IMG/VR virus record: IMGVR_UViG_3300028558_000791
Span: 124,001-188,000 of that record
DNA length: 64,000 nt
Strand: one strand, 5' to 3'
How positions within the stretch are numbered: position 1 is the first letter of the stretch; every line of letters starts with the position of its first letter. The translations under genes and the position numbers were made by a program. The notes beneath the pieces were generated by a model that searched no databases, was not told where the DNA came from, and saw only the letters and a program-made list of their open reading frames with translations. Of the stretch, positions 28,821-38,869 are shown piece by piece.

Positions 28821-28843
28821 CCTATTGATATAGAGCTTGTAAG

Positions 28844-29446
28844 ATGCGCATTTTTGTCTGGTCACTAGCTTTGACCATTGTCCTATTATTTGTTTTTGCT
28901 GAGATTGCAACTCCAATTGTTCAAAAACCTCATATTGAACATAAACTACCCATTCATAAGACTCTATATTTAGAACGTGGCATCTACGATGAGGAAATGT
29001 ATCATATCATGGCGGCAGCTATGGAATGGAACCGGGCTACCAACGGACAGGTAGTAATTGATATTAAGAGATTGCCTAGCCAAGACATTCGAGCTGCTGA
29101 TGCAATTATCATGTTCAATGTAACTCCAGACTTCCCAGATATCATCATACTAGATAACATCAAGCATTTCACTACATTAGGCTATTACAATGAGCGAGGA
29201 CTTAATTATATCGCTCTTGTAGATGAAAGAATCTCTAATGGTAGCTTTGACGCAGTAGTAATGCACGAACTAGGTCATGCCCTCGGATTGCAGCATCCTG
29301 ACTCAGAAGACCATCCAGAGATTGGTATTGGTAATCTAATGTATTCGATTGTAGATATTGGTGGCAATCATATTACCGATGATGACTTAAAACAATTCTG
29401 CACCATTTACCATTGCGATTCGAGCAAGTTCCATGTCATCCCCTAA
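28844..29446 (+). CDS. matrixin-like zinc metalloprotease with signal/TM anchor
   Basis: HELGHALGLQH plus Met-turn LMY. Confidence 0.85.
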   Translation: MRIFVWSLALTIVLLFVFAEIATPIVQKPHIEHKLPIHKTLYLERGIYDEEMYHIMAAAMEWNRATNGQVVIDIKRLPSQDIRAADAIIMFNVTPDFPDIIILDNIKHFTTLGYYNERGLNYIALVDERISNGSFDAVVMHELGHALGLQHPDSEDHPEIGIGNLMYSIVDIGGNHITDDDLKQFCTIYHCDSSKFHVIP

Positions 29447-29498
29447 ATACAATAATCATCGTTAGTCACCTAATGTGGTAATATGATGACATTGATGT

Positions 29499-30020
29499 AT
29501 GAAGAAGTCATACGCACAATTAGCTAAAGAACGTCGAGAGGGTCTAAAACAACAAGGTTTATGTATCAACTGCGGTAAACAGCCGCCACAGATAGATAAA
29601 GTAAAGTGTCCTACATGTTTGGAGGCATCTCGTGCTTCTTGTAAAAAATATCTAAGAGAGAACCCTAACGCAAAGAAAGTTAGGAATCGCTGGAAGGCTA
29701 ATCCAAAATCACAAGCCAAACATAAAGAGACGCGTAAGCGTTGGAGACTTGAACTCAAGTATAAAGTAATTGCATCATTGGGTGGCAGATGTGAATGCTG
29801 CCAAGATGATACATTGCCATTTCTCCAAGTTGATCATGTAAACAAAGATGGTAAGAAACATAGAACAGAGATTGGTAGAAGTACTAGACTTTTCAGAGAC
29901 ATGCTTAAGTATCCTAATAGATACAAGCTTCGTATACTTTGTGCCAATTGTCATTTTGCTATTACCAATTTAGGAACCTGTCCTCATAAGGATAAAAGTC
30001 ATGGACTCTCCGAAGTATAA
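29499..30020 (+). CDS. HNH endonuclease with N-terminal Zn finger
   Basis: CINC/CPTC; CECC..LQVDHVN..G..HR..LCANCH. Confidence 0.8.
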   Translation: MKKSYAQLAKERREGLKQQGLCINCGKQPPQIDKVKCPTCLEASRASCKKYLRENPNAKKVRNRWKANPKSQAKHKETRKRWRLELKYKVIASLGGRCECCQDDTLPFLQVDHVNKDGKKHRTEIGRSTRLFRDMLKYPNRYKLRILCANCHFAITNLGTCPHKDKSHGLSEV

Positions 30021-30666
30021 TCGTACATTCCATATGCCCTGGAGCAAAGGGGCGACCAACGATGACAAGATAGCTACGTCCATGGGTCACCTAATTGGAT
30101 CGCCCATTGTCATCACTGAAAAAATGGATGGTTCTAATACTTCATTAGAGGCCAGTGGATGTTATGCTCGTACTCACTCAGGCCCACCAAGTCATTTATC
30201 GTTTGATGGATTGAAAGCTTTGCATGCTACCATCAAATACAAGATACCTGAGAAGATTCAATTATTCGGGGAATGGTGCTTTGCTCGCCATTCTATTGAT
30301 TACAAAGAGTTGCCATCATACTTCATGCTCTTCAATGTTCGAGATATGACTAATAGAGTCCCGCCTATGTGGTCTTCTTGGGATGAAGTAGAGATGTGGG
30401 CTGAGGAAATTGGCGTCCCAACTGTTCCGGTTCTTTTCAAAGGTACCGTATCTTCTGAAAAAGAATTGAAAGAATTAGTGGAATCTTTTATGAATCAGCC
30501 CTCAGCCTGTGGCGGTATAAGAGAGGGCGTAGTCGCCAGACTAGCTTTAGAATTTCCAGATGAAAGCTTTTCATTATGTGTAATGAAGTGTGTTCGTGCA
30601 AATCATGTGCAAACTTCAGAGCACTGGAAAGACCAGGAAATCGTTAAGAATAGATTAAAGTTGTAA
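30001..30666 (+). CDS. RNA ligase family protein
   Basis: KYNRTFH.PWS, TEKMDGSN, LFGEW, EGVVAR, K.VR..HVQT. Confidence 0.85.
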   Translation: MDSPKYNRTFHMPWSKGATNDDKIATSMGHLIGSPIVITEKMDGSNTSLEASGCYARTHSGPPSHLSFDGLKALHATIKYKIPEKIQLFGEWCFARHSIDYKELPSYFMLFNVRDMTNRVPPMWSSWDEVEMWAEEIGVPTVPVLFKGTVSSEKELKELVESFMNQPSACGGIREGVVARLALEFPDESFSLCVMKCVRANHVQTSEHWKDQEIVKNRLKL

Positions 30667-30676
30667 TTACGGGCAC

Positions 30677-30705
30677 TTGACACCTCGGGGTGGCCGATTT
30701 ATATT
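30677..30705 (+). promoter_or_regulatory. sigma70-like promoter
   Basis: TTGACA-17-TATATT. Confidence 0.6.
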
Positions 30706-30778
30706 ATGTGAATATCTAGACATCACTAAGAAGATCAAGTTCGCTTGATTACGAGGGGAATTAACAAGGATAATACAT

Positions 30779-31045
30779 ATGGGATTACGTAGATTTCATT
30801 TCGAAAGACTGGAAGATGCGTCCGGTGTAAGTGGTTGTGGTAAAGTTGCTGAAGGTTGCCTGTTTACGGACACAGGTGAAGCCGTCGTACATTGGTTGGG
30901 TAATCATGGTAGTATCAATGTCTACCACTCTATCAATGACGTGATTTATGTTCACGGACACGAGGGTAGAACCAGAATCGTGTTTGATGATGATGGTCCA
31001 ACTCTTGAGAGCATTAAGGAAGAGTTAAAGAAGGATGGAAACTAA
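30779..31045 (+). CDS. conserved phage hypothetical protein
   Basis: R.ED.SGVSG.G.VAEG..F.D...HGH.G.T pattern; AAGGA SD. Confidence 0.75.
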   Translation: MGLRRFHFERLEDASGVSGCGKVAEGCLFTDTGEAVVHWLGNHGSINVYHSINDVIYVHGHEGRTRIVFDDDGPTLESIKEELKKDGN

Positions 31046-31754
31046 GCGTACCATATTCATTGGTGATATTCACGGTTGTTTAACTGAGTTCAATGAACTC
31101 TTGCAGAAAGTCTCCTACAACCCAAGTGAAGATCGAGTAATTCTATTAGGAGACTTAATTGATCGCGGACCAGACTCCGTGGGTGTTGTGCGCAGAGCGC
31201 GAGAACTAAAGCTGGAATGTGTAATGGGTAACCATGAACACAAGTTCCTCAAATGGTTCCGTTCGCAGGGCACCCGCGTTGATGTCTATGACCGACGGGA
31301 TTTCTATTCTCAATTATCAGACCAAGATATAGGTTACATTCAAGACATGCCGCTCTACGTTGAGCTAGACAATGTCGTTGCAGTTCATGCCGGGTTAAAG
31401 CCCGGCATTGCTTTATCTAGTCAAACCAAAGATGATTTGATGTATCTACGATACACAGATTCGGATAGAAGATTTATCAGTATCAAGAAAATTGCTAAGC
31501 TGGGCAAAGAGGCAACCGGAGCTGTATTCTGGACAGAATTCTGGCACGGACCCAAATCTGTTGTGTATGGTCACAACGTATCATCTTATAAGGATCCGCT
31601 CCTCGAAGATGTTGCTCCAGGTGTAACATGTTATGGTTTGGACACCGGTTGCTGTTTTGGTGGCCGCTTGACTGCTCTCATATGGGAAACCAAAGAGATC
31701 GTTCAAGTCCAAGCGAAGCGGACATATTACGAATCGAAATTTGAGTCCAAATGA
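31035..31754 (+). CDS. calcineurin-like metallophosphoesterase (PrpA/ApaH-like)
   Basis: GDIHG, GDLIDRG, GNHE, HAG, GH, DTGC. Confidence 0.92.
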   Translation: METKRTIFIGDIHGCLTEFNELLQKVSYNPSEDRVILLGDLIDRGPDSVGVVRRARELKLECVMGNHEHKFLKWFRSQGTRVDVYDRRDFYSQLSDQDIGYIQDMPLYVELDNVVAVHAGLKPGIALSSQTKDDLMYLRYTDSDRRFISIKKIAKLGKEATGAVFWTEFWHGPKSVVYGHNVSSYKDPLLEDVAPGVTCYGLDTGCCFGGRLTALIWETKEIVQVQAKRTYYESKFESK

Positions 31755-32101
31755 GTTATTCCCAAAATCAATTGAAGGCCCTATCACAAAGCAATCCAAA
31801 AGAACTTGCAAGAATCTTAACCAGCCCCGGAATCGACGTACATGCGTTGACATTTGGGGCTGAGTTTTTAGGGGAGATTGCCGATGAGCGGATTGCTCTC
31901 CCCACACTGAGAATCCTACTGAAGCATGTAAATGCGGTTGTACGAGAAGGAGCTATGATGGGCTTATCATCCTTCTATATGGAACGCAAGCCCCCTCAAG
32001 ATATCCTTGAGAGACTGCGGACAATGTCTAAGACTGACCCATCACCAAGCTGTAAAGAGTTCGCAGGAACCATCCTAAAGGACTTTGAGGTACTTCCATG
32101 A
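31751..32101 (+). CDS. HEAT-repeat protein
   Basis: L..LLKH.NAVVREGA..GL, DPSP..KE.A. Confidence 0.65.
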   Translation: MSYSQNQLKALSQSNPKELARILTSPGIDVHALTFGAEFLGEIADERIALPTLRILLKHVNAVVREGAMMGLSSFYMERKPPQDILERLRTMSKTDPSPSCKEFAGTILKDFEVLP

Positions 32102-32613
32102 AAGAGATTAAGGCCGACTTGTTCGAGACGATTTACGAAGATGGCGTAGATGCTATCTGTATCACCACTAATGGTATGTACTTGACTGATGGTCGAGCCG
32201 CCATGGGTGGTGGTTGCGCTGGAGTGTGTGCTAAGCGCTGGCCCGAGACTGCATTTAGGTTGGGCAAGTGCTTGAAGAACTTTCTTACTAACGTCCCCTT
32301 TGTCATCGGGGCTTTGGATGCTGATGGTGAATATCTGGAACCTAACCTCAAGATGATTAAAGAAAAGAAGTTCAAGACTCTCATCTTCAGTTACCCGACT
32401 ATTGACAACTTGATGGATGGAGCCAAATTGAAACTGATTGAGAACTCTGCTAAGGAACTAAAGGTCCTAGTAGATAGGTTTGAACTCAAAGGAATCATGG
32501 TTCCACGTCCTGGTGTAGGAATTGGCGGACTTAGCTGGGGAGATGTTAAATCTGTAATCGAACCTTACATGGACGATAGGTTTACTGTCGTGTCATTCGA
32601 CCACGAAGAATAA
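32098..32613 (+). CDS. macrodomain (ADP-ribose binding/hydrolase) protein
   Basis: ITTN...MGGGCA..CAKRWP, PRPGVGIGGLSW. Confidence 0.8.
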   Translation: MKEIKADLFETIYEDGVDAICITTNGMYLTDGRAAMGGGCAGVCAKRWPETAFRLGKCLKNFLTNVPFVIGALDADGEYLEPNLKMIKEKKFKTLIFSYPTIDNLMDGAKLKLIENSAKELKVLVDRFELKGIMVPRPGVGIGGLSWGDVKSVIEPYMDDRFTVVSFDHEE

Positions 32614-32644
32614 TGTCTCATTGACTTGAGATATATTACAGGGC

Positions 32645-33121
32645 ATGCCTATTGCACGTTCTGTTGCAGATTGTATTCAAGAACTAGAATACCAACTAGC
32701 TAAACAAAAAGCAGTCCAGAAAGAATTCCCCGATGCCAAATGGCATTGGAAAACTGGATTTCAATCCAAAATGGTCAATCAAAAGTATACTAAATTCACT
32801 TTTAGTAGACATGGCCGTGGGTTATACGTAGTCCCTTACTGTGAAGTAACAGTAAGTTATAATGGGAATTCAGAAACAGTATTGGTTTATTCTAAACCCA
32901 AATACAATAGATTAGTCTATCTATCTTGGAATGTCAATCTAAGAACATATGTAATGAAGTTTGCTAGGTTAACTATCAACTTGAAACATAACGAATTTAG
33001 AAATGACATGCTAAATAGCTGCCGCGCTGAAATTATGTCCTTCATCAAGAACAATCCAAGTTACAAGATGGACGACAAGAATCTAGAGCCCAGGCTGAAG
33101 AAGCTTCTAATCTTTACCTAA
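32645..33121 (+). CDS. hypothetical protein
   Basis: GATATA-N9-ATG; ends LKKLLIFT. Confidence 0.7.
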   Translation: MPIARSVADCIQELEYQLAKQKAVQKEFPDAKWHWKTGFQSKMVNQKYTKFTFSRHGRGLYVVPYCEVTVSYNGNSETVLVYSKPKYNRLVYLSWNVNLRTYVMKFARLTINLKHNEFRNDMLNSCRAEIMSFIKNNPSYKMDDKNLEPRLKKLLIFT

Positions 33122-33129
33122 AGGTGAAT

Positions 33130-33291
33130 ATGAAATTACTAAAATGTAAACTCTGTATGGGTGAAATGGATTTTATCAGCAGCGAACATGCTATCAATCG
33201 TAAGGTGAAATGCCTCAAGTGCGGATACACCAATGAGAACGAGCGTACTGGTCCTGAGGTTGTGATTATTAGGAAGCGTCCGCAGCAATAA
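33130..33291 (+). CDS. small zinc-ribbon protein (53 aa, not in ORF track)
   Basis: MKLLKCKLC...KCLKCG; AGGTG SD. Confidence 0.6.
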   Translation: MKLLKCKLCMGEMDFISSEHAINRKVKCLKCGYTNENERTGPEVVIIRKRPQQ

Positions 33292-34222
33292 TCTGCTGCT
33301 TGTTGGCACGGTACCATTCGATAGTGCGCTTAATGCCTACTTCTAAAGTGGTGCTGGCCGTCCAACCAAGTACAGAGCTTGCTCTATAAGTGCTCAGTAA
33401 CCTTTTAGGTTGGCCGTCAGAAACTTCTCCATTAAACTTGATGACGGCATCGGGAGCATCAAAGCCCGTTAGTTTGGCCATTAGTAGGGCCAGGTCTTTG
33501 ATAGAAATATCTTTACCCATACCAAGGTTGATTGGTAGGTCGGTGCTAAGACCAGACTCTACGGCCTTAACAATGGCTGTAGCGGCATCACCAGCATAGA
33601 GGAACTCACGAGTAGCTTGTCCAGTTCCCCAACATTCTACCATCTTTTGACCATTGGTAACGGCATTATCAAATTTCCTAATTAGCGCAGGGATAACATG
33701 GCTGTTGACAGGATCGAAATGATCATGTTCACCATACATATTCACTGGGATTAGATGGGCCCCACCAATACCATATTGCTCGCGGTAAGTATTGCCTAAC
33801 ATCAAAAGTGTACGTTTAGCAATCCCGTATGGAGCATTTGTCTCTTCTGGATACCCATTCCATAGGTCAGTCTCTACAAATGGAGTCTTACAATGTTTAG
33901 GATAGGCACAGACACTACCTAGTGTATAGACGTTCTTACATTCGGCTTTATGAGCAGCATGAAAGATATTGCTAGCCATATCTAGGTTTTTATGAAGGAA
34001 ATCAGCAGGACTATTCTTGTTAGCTAGGATACCGCCACATACAGCGGCCATATGTAAAATGGCATCTGGTTTAATCTGAGAAATAGCGTACATTGAAGCG
34101 TGGGCATCCAGTAGATTCAAATCTTTGCTGGAAGGAAACCATAATTCGTTCTTGCTATTAGAGAAAGCGGCTTGCACATGCTTGCCTAAAAATCCAGTTC
34201 CGCCGGTTACTAATATCTTCAT
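33269..34222 (-). CDS. fcl: GDP-L-fucose synthase
   Basis: GGTGFLG, GGILAN, SVCAYP, YGIAK, SHVIPALI, WGTG..TREFL. Confidence 0.92.
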   Translation of the reverse strand: MKILVTGGTGFLGKHVQAAFSNSKNELWFPSSKDLNLLDAHASMYAISQIKPDAILHMAAVCGGILANKNSPADFLHKNLDMASNIFHAAHKAECKNVYTLGSVCAYPKHCKTPFVETDLWNGYPEETNAPYGIAKRTLLMLGNTYREQYGIGGAHLIPVNMYGEHDHFDPVNSHVIPALIRKFDNAVTNGQKMVECWGTGQATREFLYAGDAATAIVKAVESGLSTDLPINLGMGKDISIKDLALLMAKLTGFDAPDAVIKFNGEVSDGQPKRLLSTYRASSVLGWTASTTLEVGIKRTIEWYRANKQQIIAADAS

Positions 34223-35229
34223 TTGTGATGATCCTTAATCGTCTTTTCTCTACGAGCTAGCTCCATATCAGAGTCAATCATCTCTTGAACTAGGTCTAGG
34301 AAACTATAGTTTGGAGTCCAACCTAACTGAGTGCGTAGCTTAGTGGAGTCTCCGCATAAAGCATCTACCTCAGATGGTCTTAGGTACTTAGGGTCGAACT
34401 CAACATATTTAGTGTAATCCAGTCCAAGGATACCGAAGACTAGCTTGGCGAACTCTTCAACGGAGTGAATCTCCCCCGAGGACACCACAAAGTCATCTGC
34501 CTGTGGCGCTGTGATAATCTTATACATTGCATCGGCCACATCAGCGGCATGGGACCAGTCGCGCTGCGCGGACAAATTCCCGAGATACAGCTTATCCTGC
34601 AAGCCCAATTTGATTCTAGTTGCCGCTCTAGTGATCTTACGAGTGACGAAGGTTTCTCCACGTCTTGGGCTCTCATGGTTGAACGAGATGGCATTGCAAG
34701 CATGTAGGCCGTAGGCTTCTCTATAATTTACTGTAGCAAAGTATCCGGCTACCTTGGCAACGCCGTAAGGGCTGCGAGGATGGAATCTAGTAAGTTCATT
34801 CTGGGGCGGCGGCTCTGATCCAAACATTTCCGAGCTGGAAGCAGTAAGGAATGCGGTCTTCGGACTATTCTTTCGAATTGCTTCTAAGACTCTAAGTACG
34901 CCGGTACCTGTAACATCCATAGTGTATTCGGGAATATCAAAGCTAACACGAACGTGGCTTTGGGCACCCATGTTGAAGAATAAGTCTGGCTTTATATCAC
35001 CAATCCAATTTGCTAGAGATGAATAGTCAGATAAGTCACCGTAGACCATCTCTAGCTTGCTGGCATCAATATGAGGATCGGTGTATAGATGATCGATACG
35101 CTCGGTATTGAGAGAGCTACTACGGCGCTTCAATCCATAAACTTTATACCCCTTGGATAGTAAGAGGTCGCACAGGTAAGAACCAGTCTGTCCTGTAATG
35201 CCTGTGATACATGCCGTTCCAATTGTCAT
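34219..35229 (-). CDS. gmd: GDP-mannose 4,6-dehydratase
   Basis: GITGQ.GSY, AQSHVRVSF, SPYGVAK, FNHESPRRGETFVTRKI. Confidence 0.96.
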   Translation of the reverse strand: MTIGTACITGITGQTGSYLCDLLLSKGYKVYGLKRRSSSLNTERIDHLYTDPHIDASKLEMVYGDLSDYSSLANWIGDIKPDLFFNMGAQSHVRVSFDIPEYTMDVTGTGVLRVLEAIRKNSPKTAFLTASSSEMFGSEPPPQNELTRFHPRSPYGVAKVAGYFATVNYREAYGLHACNAISFNHESPRRGETFVTRKITRAATRIKLGLQDKLYLGNLSAQRDWSHAADVADAMYKIITAPQADDFVVSSGEIHSVEEFAKLVFGILGLDYTKYVEFDPKYLRPSEVDALCGDSTKLRTQLGWTPNYSFLDLVQEMIDSDMELARREKTIKDHHK

Positions 35230-35909
35230 TAACTAATCCTTATGGCGAAGGCAACGCCCGGTTTATTTTCTCGATATGAGACGTATCTGAAATTAGGGAA
35301 AGATTTACTTAGACTATCCCAAACTTCTTGAAGGCCCATACAATCAACTATATCATCAAATACCATTACTCCCCCAATCGATACGTGCCCCATTGTATCC
35401 ATCAGGTCTTGAGCGGCTCCGTCAACAGAATGATCGCCATCAATTAGAATCATATCTACCATTTTATCAGGGTTCTTACTAAAGAACTCTCGCAAAGTTA
35501 CATGTGAATCACCACTAATAAAATTAATAGGTTTACTGTACCCAAATTTACGTAGTTCTTCTGTTACAAAATCTGGTCCTGGATTAGGTGCACCGCCATA
35601 ATTCATATGCCATTCATCAAATGCATATATTTCGCATTCTGGCGATGCAATAACTACTGCCGCAGTAGACCAACCTCGTCTAACGCCAACCTCTAAAAAA
35701 GTAGATGGAACAATTTGATTAGCTAAAAAAGTAACAAAAGCCCTAGTCTCTGGCTCTTGTCTATTCAGCAAATCAATTACCATTTGTCCATAGACTGGAT
35801 CAGTAGAAATCATATCGTGCAACTTATTAGTATTTGAAATGTTCTCAGATGATTTAATCATTGTAATTAATTGCTCATCTGTTAGCGATAATAAGCTATG
35901 CTTTTTCAT
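35229..35909 (-). CDS. class I SAM-dependent methyltransferase (Methyltransf_24-like)
   Basis: LEVGVRRG.ST, IDGDHS, GGVMVFDD. Confidence 0.85.
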   Translation of the reverse strand: MKKHSLLSLTDEQLITMIKSSENISNTNKLHDMISTDPVYGQMVIDLLNRQEPETRAFVTFLANQIVPSTFLEVGVRRGWSTAAVVIASPECEIYAFDEWHMNYGGAPNPGPDFVTEELRKFGYSKPINFISGDSHVTLREFFSKNPDKMVDMILIDGDHSVDGAAQDLMDTMGHVSIGGVMVFDDIVDCMGLQEVWDSLSKSFPNFRYVSYRENKPGVAFAIRIS

Positions 35910-37033
35910 GGTCCATTAACTCCTCTTACGTAACCATTAACAGTATCGATAATGTATTGTTGTTCGTCTACGGTTAATTCTGGAAAGCTTGGTAGAATAA
36001 AACACTCTTTATTCAAGAGGTTTGCAACGGTACAGTCACCTGGCCTAATATCTGGATTATTTATGAGATGACTATGAGAAAAGATAGAGTAAAACATTGG
36101 TCTCACTTCTATTCCCTTCATCTTGAAATAAAGTTCGGCCGCATCATATGACAATTGGCCAGGGACTCTGACACCAAACATCCAGTTAGCATTGGCGGTA
36201 TTTTCTTCACTAATTTGGATTCTAATCTCATCACGATTACCAAAAGCCTGTCGATAAGTGTCAAAGATATTACGTTTGAGATTTAGGATATCGTGTAATG
36301 TATCTAGCTGGCCATATAAGATAGCTGCTTGCACATTGGTCATACGATAATTATAACCCAATTCATTATGGACGAATCTTGTTTTAGACTGTCCCTGTCC
36401 CTGTACACATTTAGCATACTCGTAGGTTTCTTCAAAATTAGTTATAAAGAGGCCACCTTCACCACTGGTAATATTCTTGTTTCCAAAGAAAGATGCAGAA
36501 GCGGCGAAGCTGGCACGACCTGTTGCTAATCCACCATAGCCTCCTAAAAATCCTTCGCAGTTATCCTCTACAAAATGAACGTTAGGGAATTTAGCTTGCA
36601 ATCGAGGGACATTAACAACGTTACCAATATTGTGAACAATCAATACGTCAGCATCTGGTTCGGCAGTGATGGCCGCTTCCAATTTATCAATATCTACATT
36701 CCAAGTATCTAGATTGGCATCGATAGGGATTAGTTCGTAGTTGCCATCAAATAGAAAAGCATTCCAGGCGGCAACATAAACGTTGTTTGGTACGATGATC
36801 TTCTTCTTGCCAGAGGAGGGCGGACATACTTTATACAACGCTTTAGCCATCAAATGGCAGGCACTAGTTCCGTTGTTGAGCGGAATTACATACGGTGTTT
36901 GTAATATACCTTGTAGCCTCTCAGTTACCATGGGCAGATATTTACCTTGGGAAGACAGCCAAGTGGAATCTAATGCATCATGAGCGTACTGTAAAGAGCT
37001 AGGTGGTAGATATGGTTTATATACTGGTATCAT
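35906..37033 (-). CDS. DegT/DnrJ PLP aminotransferase, perosamine synthase-like
   Basis: NNGTSA.HL, VEDNCE, SFFGNKNITSGEGG, GYNYRMTNVQAA. Confidence 0.88.
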   Translation of the reverse strand: MIPVYKPYLPPSSLQYAHDALDSTWLSSQGKYLPMVTERLQGILQTPYVIPLNNGTSACHLMAKALYKVCPPSSGKKKIIVPNNVYVAAWNAFLFDGNYELIPIDANLDTWNVDIDKLEAAITAEPDADVLIVHNIGNVVNVPRLQAKFPNVHFVEDNCEGFLGGYGGLATGRASFAASASFFGNKNITSGEGGLFITNFEETYEYAKCVQGQGQSKTRFVHNELGYNYRMTNVQAAILYGQLDTLHDILNLKRNIFDTYRQAFGNRDEIRIQISEENTANANWMFGVRVPGQLSYDAAELYFKMKGIEVRPMFYSIFSHSHLINNPDIRPGDCTVANLLNKECFILPSFPELTVDEQQYIIDTVNGYVRGVNGP

Positions 37034-37034
37034 T

Positions 37035-37340
37035 TTAATATGTCTTATGTTGGTTTTGGATGAATGTACCGTTATCTAAATCATCGCCCTTAACAGCCGC
37101 AGAGACTACTTCGGCCACTTTCTTATCAACTTCTAAAATCATTGCCTGTCTTTGAACGTTAAGGTCCATGGATTTTTGGAATGCGTTGAAGAGTTTCTTC
37201 ATGCCTTCCTCGGTACCATAGACGATTTTAAACTCTTCAAAGCTCATTTTTCTAACAATGTAGAGTTCTTCCTGTGCCAAGAACATTTTCTGATTGACTG
37301 TTGCTAGCTTATCTATTAATGAACCAATTGTATCAGCCAT
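37035..37340 (-). CDS. hypothetical protein
   Basis: MADTIGSLIDKL; GGAG SD. Confidence 0.7.
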   Translation of the reverse strand: MADTIGSLIDKLATVNQKMFLAQEELYIVRKMSFEEFKIVYGTEEGMKKLFNAFQKSMDLNVQRQAMILEVDKKVAEVVSAAVKGDDLDNGTFIQNQHKTY

Positions 37341-37956
37341 TTTTCTTCTCCATTTTCCTGGCAGGCACTCCCACATAAATCCCGCTCTCTATTATATCTT
37401 TTGATACGCATGCGGCGGCTCCGACAGTTACATCGTCACAAATAGAAATATCTTCAACTGTGGAAGAGTTGGTACCCATATACACTCTGTGCCCAGCCGT
37501 CACTTTGCCACTAACATGAACGCCGGGGGCGGTAGTAAAAAAGGCTCCCGTCTTAACGTCATGCCCAATAGTTGTAGCTAGGTTTAATTGTGACCATGGA
37601 CCAAGAGTAATATCACAAGTTAGAATACAGTTGGCACAAATCACCGAACCATATCCCACTATAATGTTAGGATCCATTAGATTCGCACTAGGCGACACTA
37701 AAGTTTTGAAAACTCCCATCCCATGGCGAGCAATGATTTGATCAACTATTTTCTTTCGTAATTTGGGGCTACCAACTGCCACTACAGCTTGATGCTGGGA
37801 AGGATCAAAGTAGTCTTCATTTTTTACTTTAGTGCCGCAAAAATATCCCCCAGCATTCAAATCAATAAAGGCATCAACCTCACAACCACACTGTAAAGCA
37901 AGCCAATAAACCTCTTTGGCAAATCCGCCAGCCCCATATATACAAAGTTTAGACAT
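37333..37956 (-). CDS. NeuD/PerB/PglD-family sugar N/O-acetyltransferase
   Basis: IYGAGGFAKE, IGHD, hexapeptide repeats, GVPAR. Confidence 0.88.
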   Translation of the reverse strand: MSKLCIYGAGGFAKEVYWLALQCGCEVDAFIDLNAGGYFCGTKVKNEDYFDPSQHQAVVAVGSPKLRKKIVDQIIARHGMGVFKTLVSPSANLMDPNIIVGYGSVICANCILTCDITLGPWSQLNLATTIGHDVKTGAFFTTAPGVHVSGKVTAGHRVYMGTNSSTVEDISICDDVTVGAAACVSKDIIESGIYVGVPARKMEKKNG

Positions 37957-38869
37957 GTAGATTCCTTTCAATCAAATCTTCTACAATAGTAAGGTTAGTA
38001 TGCCCGGAAACAGTGATCTTAGATGTGTACTTAACCTTATCTCTAAATAAACTAGATAACCAAAAAGTATTATCCTTCTCTGGTATCATATTAGAAAAAC
38101 AAACAAGATTTTTAGGTTTATCAAATAAGTTGTCTTGAATGAAGGCAAAGGTATAAGCGCCGGAAGCCCTACCAATAATGGTATCACAGTATGTACTAAT
38201 AAAAGCATTTTCATTCAAATCAAAACCATTCTTCTTAATAATAGAAGAAGAATATATAATGTTAGAGTGTTTGGCTGGATCGAAACCAGCTTCATGATTA
38301 GTGAGTATAAAAGTGATGCCGTGGTATTTGTTTGCTAGGTTAGTTATAACTGGTAGCATTGGAAAGTTTTCCGCCTGCCCAGATTGGGCGTGTCCGTTAG
38401 CCACTAATACTAATGGTCCGGTGTTAGTATCTAATAGGTTTTTTGCAGAGGCGATTTCAAATTTAGAGAAATCTATTTTAGGAAACCACTTTTCAGGATT
38501 AGGCTCGATGTCAGATAAACTGAATCCAAAATGGATCTTACATACCTCATCAAACATAATGTAAAGACAATCAAAGGTAATTCCATATGTATTCATATAA
38601 TGGAATCGTCTTTGAGCATACCAAGTATTAATTAATATAGTGTCACCTCTGATAATTACTCCTTCATGCTCACTGAAATTTAGTGGTACTTGATTGAATG
38701 ACATACTCGGAATATCCGCTAAAATATTCATATTATTCCTATGCGAATAGGATATCTGAACATCAGGAAACTTTTGTCGAAATACTTCTGATAGTTTTCT
38801 AACAAACTCTCTAGAAACGTGAATATCACCATTATGAAAGTGATTATAGAAAACTATATGTCTGTACAT
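37949..38869 (-). CDS. hypothetical protein, possibly glycosyltransferase-like
   Basis: HNGD, IIGRASG; lies in the sugar operon. Confidence 0.6.
   Translation of the reverse strand: MYRHIVFYNHFHNGDIHVSREFVRKLSEVFRQKFPDVQISYSHRNNMNILADIPSMSFNQVPLNFSEHEGVIIRGDTILINTWYAQRRFHYMNTYGITFDCLYIMFDEVCKIHFGFSLSDIEPNPEKWFPKIDFSKFEIASAKNLLDTNTGPLVLVANGHAQSGQAENFPMLPVITNLANKYHGITFILTNHEAGFDPAKHSNIIYSSSIIKKNGFDLNENAFISTYCDTIIGRASGAYTFAFIQDNLFDKPKNLVCFSNMIPEKDNTFWLSSLFRDKVKYTSKITVSGHTNLTIVEDLIERNLHV

Noticed and set aside
29499-30020. Intron-encoded homing endonuclease splitting a gene
   Set aside because: The flanking metalloprotease and RNA ligase genes both look complete, so it is treated as free-standing.
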